Source: Ostrea edulis (taxonomy: Eukaryota). From it: a DNA stretch of 64,000 bases. Where the stretch lies: the NCBI RefSeq assembly GCF_947568905.1, contig NC_079165.1, positions 13,144,001 to 13,208,000 of the forward strand, in the 5' to 3' direction. This document shows, in pieces, positions 63,708 through 64,000 of the stretch. Positions within the stretch are counted from its first letter, which is position 1, and every line of letters starts with the position of its first letter. The notes under the pieces were generated by a model. It saw only the letters and a list, made by a program, of their open reading frames with translations, searched no databases and was not told where the DNA came from. The position numbers and the translations under genes are program-made.

Positions 63708-64000
63708 AGCGTTTTTTTTTTATAAAATAGCAGCTGACTTATAGATGAAACGACGTAATTGACGTCAACAACGTCAAATTTGACGTAACAATAGAACAGT
63801 TGTAAAAAAAAAAAAAAAAACAACAGCAGCATATTTCTTTAATTTTCCATGCATTGCGCAATATTTAGTGGGTGTGGCATTGCAAAATATAAAATGTAAA
63901 CAACACATCCCATAATTCAACCAATTTCCTGCTCAGTTTCCATGGTAATGATCTCGGTTTCTGTCTCAAGTTAGAAATTGCTAAATGAGCTAAAACTAGC

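Larger units (their letters stand above)
56208..64000. mobile_element. Two-gene PIF/Harbinger DNA transposon; right end just beyond the window
   Basis: Convergent transposase and Myb genes. The left terminal region is rich in GAGAC/GTCTC repeats (56208-56370). The last bases of the window are an inverted match to the left subterminal sequence near 56337. Confidence 0.8.

Overview
AT-rich, intron-containing eukaryotic DNA, most likely an oyster (Ostreidae); this is inferred from the repeat families, not from a database match. Three host genes were reconstructed by hand from splice sites: the 3' five exons of proprotein convertase PCSK7 (+, 302-6769), a complete 8-exon GH29 alpha-L-fucosidase-like gene (-, 18798-9914), and a complete 15-exon laccase/multicopper oxidase with a C-terminal transmembrane exon (-, 33801-22713). 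The right half is mostly mobile DNA: a near full-length Naiad-type Penelope-like element (N-terminal GIY-YIG, CxC, RT) nested in an ISL2EU-type transposon, about 20 shorter Naiad pieces, a DIRS/Ngaro relic, a hAT relic, decayed laccase paralog fragments, and a two-gene Harbinger transposon with an intact spliced transposase. Most interesting signals: (1) a 360-bp hammerhead-bounded, retrozyme-like repeat; (2) a fucosidase with substituted sugar-binding histidines; (3) tiny pure-palindrome insertions with 9-bp target duplications; (4) two minisatellites that each amplify a true splice site of the fucosidase gene; (5) a membrane-anchored laccase whose tail may hang on a GC donor. All exon calls, alignments and RNA folds are manual and need computational confirmation.
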